Origin: Thermoanaerobaculia bacterium
GTDB taxonomy: Bacteria; Acidobacteriota; Thermoanaerobaculia; Multivoradales; JAGPDF01
Direction of reading: 5' to 3'
Assembly: GCA_963719555.1 (NCBI GenBank)
Contig: CAVRCL010000009.1
Coordinates: 26,606-90,605 of the forward strand
DNA length: 64,000 bases
The position numbers and the translations under genes are program-made. Positions 59,047 through 64,000 of the stretch are shown here, piece after piece. The notes beneath the pieces are model-generated. The model worked only from the letters and a program-made list of their open reading frames with translations, ran no database searches and had not been told where the DNA came from. Position 1 is the stretch's first letter, and every line of letters begins with the position of its first letter.

Positions 59047-59977
59047 TCAGGCCGCAGGCCGGACCGGCACCTGGGGCGCCGCCGCGAGGCGGGTGGCGAG
59101 GGGGGCGGCGGGCCACTTCCGCTCGACGAGGGCGATCTCGGCGGACCAGAGGGCGACGCGCATTCCGGCGCGGGCGATCATGACCAGTTGCTGGGCGAGG
59201 AAGAGGACGAGGAGGACGGCTCCGCCGCTCGGCGGGCAGGAGTCCGCGGAAGGCGAGGTAGAGCGCCGAGATCGCGGCGAAGGCGAGCGCCAGCGGGATC
59301 CAGATCGCGAGCACCTGCCAGGGGCGGCGCAGCACGGCGGCGCAGCGTCGCGCGGAAGACGCGGACGCCTTTGCGGACGTCGTCGCGCGCCACGCGGATG
59401 CGGGCGAGGTCGAGGGCGAGCTGGACCAGCAGGATCGCGAACAGGGCAACCAGGATGCCGGCGAGGCCGAGCCAGAACTTGGCGCCCTCCGGCGGTGTCG
59501 TCGAGGCTGGCGCGCACGCCGAAGATCGGTCCGGCGAGGATTCCGGCCACGAGGAGCGCCGCCGGCGCCGCCGCCAGGCCCATGCGCAGGAAGCGGCCGA
59601 AGAAGCGGCCGGCGCCGCGGCCGAAGCGGTGCGCCAGGCGCGACGGGTCGCCCGAGAGCAGGCTCTCCAGAGCGCCGCCGGCGGCGAGGACGTTCCACAG
59701 CAGCGTCAGCACGAAGACGACGATGAGGAGTTGCCCGACGCCGTTGCCCCAGCCTGCCGCCCGGTGCGCATCAGGTCGGCGAAGAGCGGCAGCGAGAAGC
59801 GGCGCAGGAACTCGTCCCCGGCCGGTGCGTTGGCGAGCGCTTTGTCGAGGTGGCGCAGCACCGGGTAGAAGGCGACCGCGGCGATCGCCAGGTGCGCGCC
59901 CCAGAGCAGCAGGACGAGGCGCGGGGTGCGGCGGAGCGGCGCAGCGCGCGCGAGTGTCGGTCAGCGAAGAGAGTCAT
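59047..59977 (-). CDS. Multi-pass membrane protein of unknown function (frameshifted)
   Basis: ATG 5 nt after the aminopeptidase stop; hydrophobic segments across frames, GAGRFFGRFLR, LFLAQQLVMIARAGMRVALW. Confidence 0.65.
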
Positions 59978-59982
59978 GCGGC

Positions 59983-62085
59983 TCACATTCCCAGCAGGGC
60001 CATGCCCTGCTGCACCCAGAAGAGGAAACCGGTCGCGAGCTTGCGGGCCGCGGCCGGGTCGGGCTCGGTGCGGCGCTCGTTGTTGAGCCGGTCGGCGTCG
60101 AGGGCGAGCTTGCCGTCGGGATCGAGCCGGACTTCGAGGAGCTTCTCCGGGCGCTCGTACTCCCATTTCGCCCAGCGTTGGCCGTCGTCCCAGAGGCGGC
60201 GCTCGGGCTCCTTGCCTTCGAAGGTGAGCTCGACCTCGACCGGCAGGATGACCTCGCCGCGCTGGCGCAGCTGCAGGATGCTGCGGTAGTTGCGGGTCTC
60301 GTTCTTGTCCGCCTCGCGCTCGAGCTCGACGGCCTTCTCCTCATCGATCTCGATCTCGGCGCCGTCGCTGCAGGACCCTGCCGCGCGCCTGCTGCGCCTT
60401 CTCGCTCGTCAGGTCGAGGATCGCCGGATCGAGGACGCCGGGGCTCTCGACCGTCTGGGCGAAGAAGTCGTCGAGCTCGCGACCGGAGACCTCCTCGGCG
60501 ACGGCGAAGAAGTCGGCGCCGCGCGGATGGCCGAAGCGGAAGCGCTCGTGGTAGGTCCGCATCACCCGCGCCATGGTCTCGGTGCCGAGCATCCCCTCGA
60601 GCGTTTCGAGCATCAGCGCCGGGCGGGCATAGGCGTTGAAGCCGTACTGGTTGCGCGAGAACTTCCAGGCGAGGGTGGCGATCTGGTCGTAGCGGCGCTC
60701 GAGGCTGTTCTGCATCCGGTCGGCCTCGACGGCGCCCAGCTCGAGGCCGAGGAAGTCGACGAACGAGGCGTCGCTGCCGTAGCCCAGATCCATCACCTTG
60801 GCGGTCGAGTAGGTGGTGAAGCCTTCGTCGAGCCAGGCCTCCTCGAACTCGTTGCTGCCGACGAGGCCGTACCAGAACTGATGGCCGAACTCGTGCACGG
60901 TGACGATCTCCGCCTCGCGCATCAGGCCATCGCAGGGCCAGAAGTTGTAGAGATAGCTGGTGCCACAGAAGAAGAGCGTCGGATACTCGACGCCGGAGGC
61001 GCCGCCCGCGCCGGGAGTCGGGTCGACGAGCGTCAGCGTCGGGTAGGGATAGGCGCCGTACCAGAGGCCGTACCACTTGAGGGCGAGCTTCGCCGCCTCG
61101 AAGTGGCGGGCGATCTGCGGCTCGTGCCCCGGTTGCAGGAGCAGCAGGATCTCGACGTCCCGGAGCTTCACCTCTTCGAGGCTGCGGTCGAGGAGCTTCG
61201 CAGTCGCCGCGTACTCCTGCGGCGTCACGTCCGCGTCGGCGGAGAAGCGCTCGCGGTACTCGAGGAAACGAGGGTCGGCGGTCCAGGCGAAGTCGTGCAC
61301 GTCGGCCTGCTCGTGGACGTAGGTCGTCGTGCCGTCGGGATTCTCCCGTCGGGCGATCTCCGGACCGGTCGCGCCGACGACGAAGCGCTTCGGCACCGTG
61401 ATCTCGACCTTGAACCGGCCGTAGTCGGCGTAGTACTCGGTGTTGGCGTGGTACTGGTGGCAGTTCCAGCCGCTCTTCTCGCGGCCGCGCATCCCCGCCG
61501 GTTCGTAGACGCCGAGCTTCGGGAACCACTGCGTCACGGCGAAGAAGTCGCCCTTGTAGCCGGCGCGCGCGAAGACCTTGGGGAGCCTGGGCGTGAAACT
61601 CGACGTCGATCGTGATTTCGCCGCCCGGCGGCACCGGCACGGGCAGTGCGACCCGCGCGACGGTGCGATCGTCGGCGTTGTCGTCGTCCGGCTGCTCGAA
61701 GGTGAGCGACGGCAGGAGATCCTCGCCGGTCGCGAGCTTCATCGACTTGACCTCAGTCCAGCCCCAACCGTCGGTCTCGGCCTGGTCGCGGCGGAGCTGA
61801 CCGCCGGACTCGACGATAGAAGGTGCTGCGGTTGTTGCGGAAGGCGTTCCAGTAGAGATGGAACCAGAGGTCGGAGACGGCGTCCGCGGGGTCGGTCGAG
61901 GGATTCCGCCAGACGATGCGCTCGCGGCCAGTGATCTCCTTCTTCTCGGCGTCGAGCTGCACCGAGATGTCGTAAGAGACGACCGGGTCGGCGGTTGCCG
62001 GGAGCTTCGGAGCAGCCAGCGCCGGGAGTCGTGCAGAGGAACGCGAGAGAGGAGCTGCGGTCGCGCGAAGAAAATGAGCGGGCAT
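59983..62085 (-). CDS. M1 family zinc aminopeptidase (frameshifted)
   Basis: LWFHLYWNAF, QWFPKLGVYE, VHDFAW, ASGVEYP, VHEFGHQFWYGLVGSNEFEEAWLDEG. Confidence 0.9.
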
Positions 62086-62201
62086 GGATAGAAGAGAGTC
62101 TCCGGTGAGCGTCGAGTTCTGTCAAGGCGACTGCGCTGCCGACGCCTCGTGCCGCGGCGCCGCTGCGGAACTAAGATAGCGCCTTCCAGATCGGAGATGT
62201 C

Positions 62202-64000
62202 ATGGTCCTGTCGCTGCGTCGTTCGTTGCTCGCGATCTTCGTCGTCTCGGCCGCGATGACACCCCCAGGGGTGGCCTTCCGCCGTTGCCGTCGACCGTGC
62301 GGCGCCGAGCGACTATGCCGACCTGCGCTGGCGGCAGCTCGGGCCGTTCCGCGGCGGCTGGGCGACCGCCGTCGCCGGGATTCCCGGGGATTCCGGCGAC
62401 CTTCTTCTTCGGCGCCGCCGATGGCGGCGTCTGGAAGACGACCGACGCCGGGGTGACCTGGCGGCCGATCTTCGAGCGCGCGGCGGCGTCGTCGATCGGC
62501 GCCCTGACGATCGCGCCGAGCGATCCGCAACGTGATCTGGGTCGGCACCGGGCAGGTGCATCAGCGCTGGGACGTCGTCTCCGGGGAGGGACTCTTCCGC
62601 TCGATCGACGGCGGCGCCACCTGGACGCCGGCAGGACTCGCCGACAGCCGGCATGTCGGCAAGATCTGGGTCGATCCCGGGAACGCCGAGGTCGCCATCG
62701 TCGCCGCGCTCGGGCACCTCTTCGGACCGGGCGGCGAGCGCGGGCTCTTCCGCACCGAAGACGGCGGCAGGAGCTGGACCCAGGTGCTCTACCGCGACGC
62801 CGATACCGGGGCGGTGGAGATCGCCGGCGATCCGGCGCATCCGGAGCGGCTCTACGCGGCGCTCTGGCAGGTGCGACGCCACCCCTGGCTGGACTACTTC
62901 CAGCCGACCGAGGGGCCCGGGAGCGGCGTCTACAGCTCGACCGATGGCGGGCGCAGCTGGGCTCCGACCGGTCGCTCCGGCTGGCCCGCGGGCGATCTCG
63001 GCCGGATCGCGCTCGCCGTGGCGCCGGGGAGCGCCGGGCCAGAAGGTCTGGGCGGCGGTCTCCGGCAAGGGGCTCTTCGCCTCGAGCGACGGCGGCGCGA
63101 CCTGGGCGCTGGTGAATGGCGACGGCAGCCTCGCGAACAGCTACATGGCGAACCTCACCGCCGATCCGCGCGACTCCGCGCGACTCTGGGTGATGGGCCG
63201 CGGCCTGCGCCGGTCGGACGACGGCGGCAAGAGCTTCACGATCGCCAAGGGCGCGCCGGGCGGGGACGACTACCACATCCTCTGGATCGATCCGGCGGAC
63301 AGCCGGCGCATGATCACCGGCGCCGACCAGGGGGCGGTAGTGACGTTGAACGGCGGCGCCTCCTGGAGCAGCTGGTACAACCAACCGACGGGACAGTTCT
63401 ATCGCCTGGCGGCCGACCGGCGGTTCCCCTACTGGATCTACAGCGGGCAGCAGGACAGCGGCACGGTGGCGATCGCGAGCCGCAGTGACTACGGGCAGCT
63501 CACCTTCCGCGACTGGCATCCGGTGGGTGGCGACGAGCGTGACGGCGACATCCCCGATCCGACGAATCCCGACATCGTCTACGGCGCCGGCCTCGGCGGG
63601 CGGCTGTCGAAGTGGAACGCGCGCACCGGCGAGGTGCAAAACGTCTCTCCCTGGCCGGTGGCGAGCTACGGCGCGCGCCCCGGCACGACGCGCTACCGCT
63701 ACAGCTGGATCACTCCGGTGGCGATCTCGCTCCGTCCGCCGCATGCGATCTACCAGGGCGCCCAGGTCCTCTTCCGTTCTCTCGACGGCGGCGCCTCGTG
63801 GAGCACCGTGAGCCCCGATCTCACGGGCGCGGTGGCCGGCGCGACCGGATGCGAGGGCGACGTGCCGGTGGCGCGGGCGACGGCCTGCGGCTATCGGCGT
63901 CATCTTCGCCATCGCACCCTCTGCCGGCGGCCGACGGCCAGGTCTGGGTCGGTACCGACAACGGCCGTGTCCAGCTCACCCGCGACGACGGCGCGACCTG
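62202..64000 (+). CDS. BNR/VPS10 (sortilin-like) repeat exported protein (frameshifted, runs off window end)
   Basis: WRQLGPFRGG, GGVWKTTDAGVTW, many SxDGGxxW Asp-boxes, GDDYHILWIDP, QPTGQFY, GQQDSG. Confidence 0.85.

Overview
High-GC bacterial chromosomal segment, inferred to be Acidobacteriota (probably Thermoanaerobaculia-like) from the DGFE(S/T)G-motif and IPTL-CTERM-like exported proteins and the gene content. Many genes, including essential ones, carry single-base frameshifts, most likely long-read consensus errors, so several long ORFs in the track are chimeras. Core content: thiC with a TPP riboswitch; a dprA-topA-trmFO-xerC-hslV-hslU-lipoprotein-dapF-tyrS run; a TPR / metallopeptidase-beta-propeller-Omp85 / HD-GYP / class II cNMP phosphodiesterase operon; a SWIM-SNF2 helicase; a threonine operon; mltD; purSQLF; several peptidases. 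Six toxin-antitoxin-like pairs are scattered through the window. Main observations: (1) integrase-free cassettes (TA pair and/or exported-protein gene) sit directly behind a host gene and are followed by a diverged second copy of that gene's 3' end (clear at purF and lysE, motif-level at the DGFE gene at the window start); at purF the second copy is itself split by an exported-protein gene with a 6-bp CCTGCT direct repeat; (2) two such cargo genes look like distant paralogues of an unrecognised exported family, each divergent from a TA pair; (3) a Thr-only leader-peptide attenuator precedes a thr operon whose aspartokinase is fused in frame to homoserine kinase with no homoserine dehydrogenase; (4) an orphan ketosynthase lacks both canonical catalytic histidines. 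All calls are by eye; no database searches were run.
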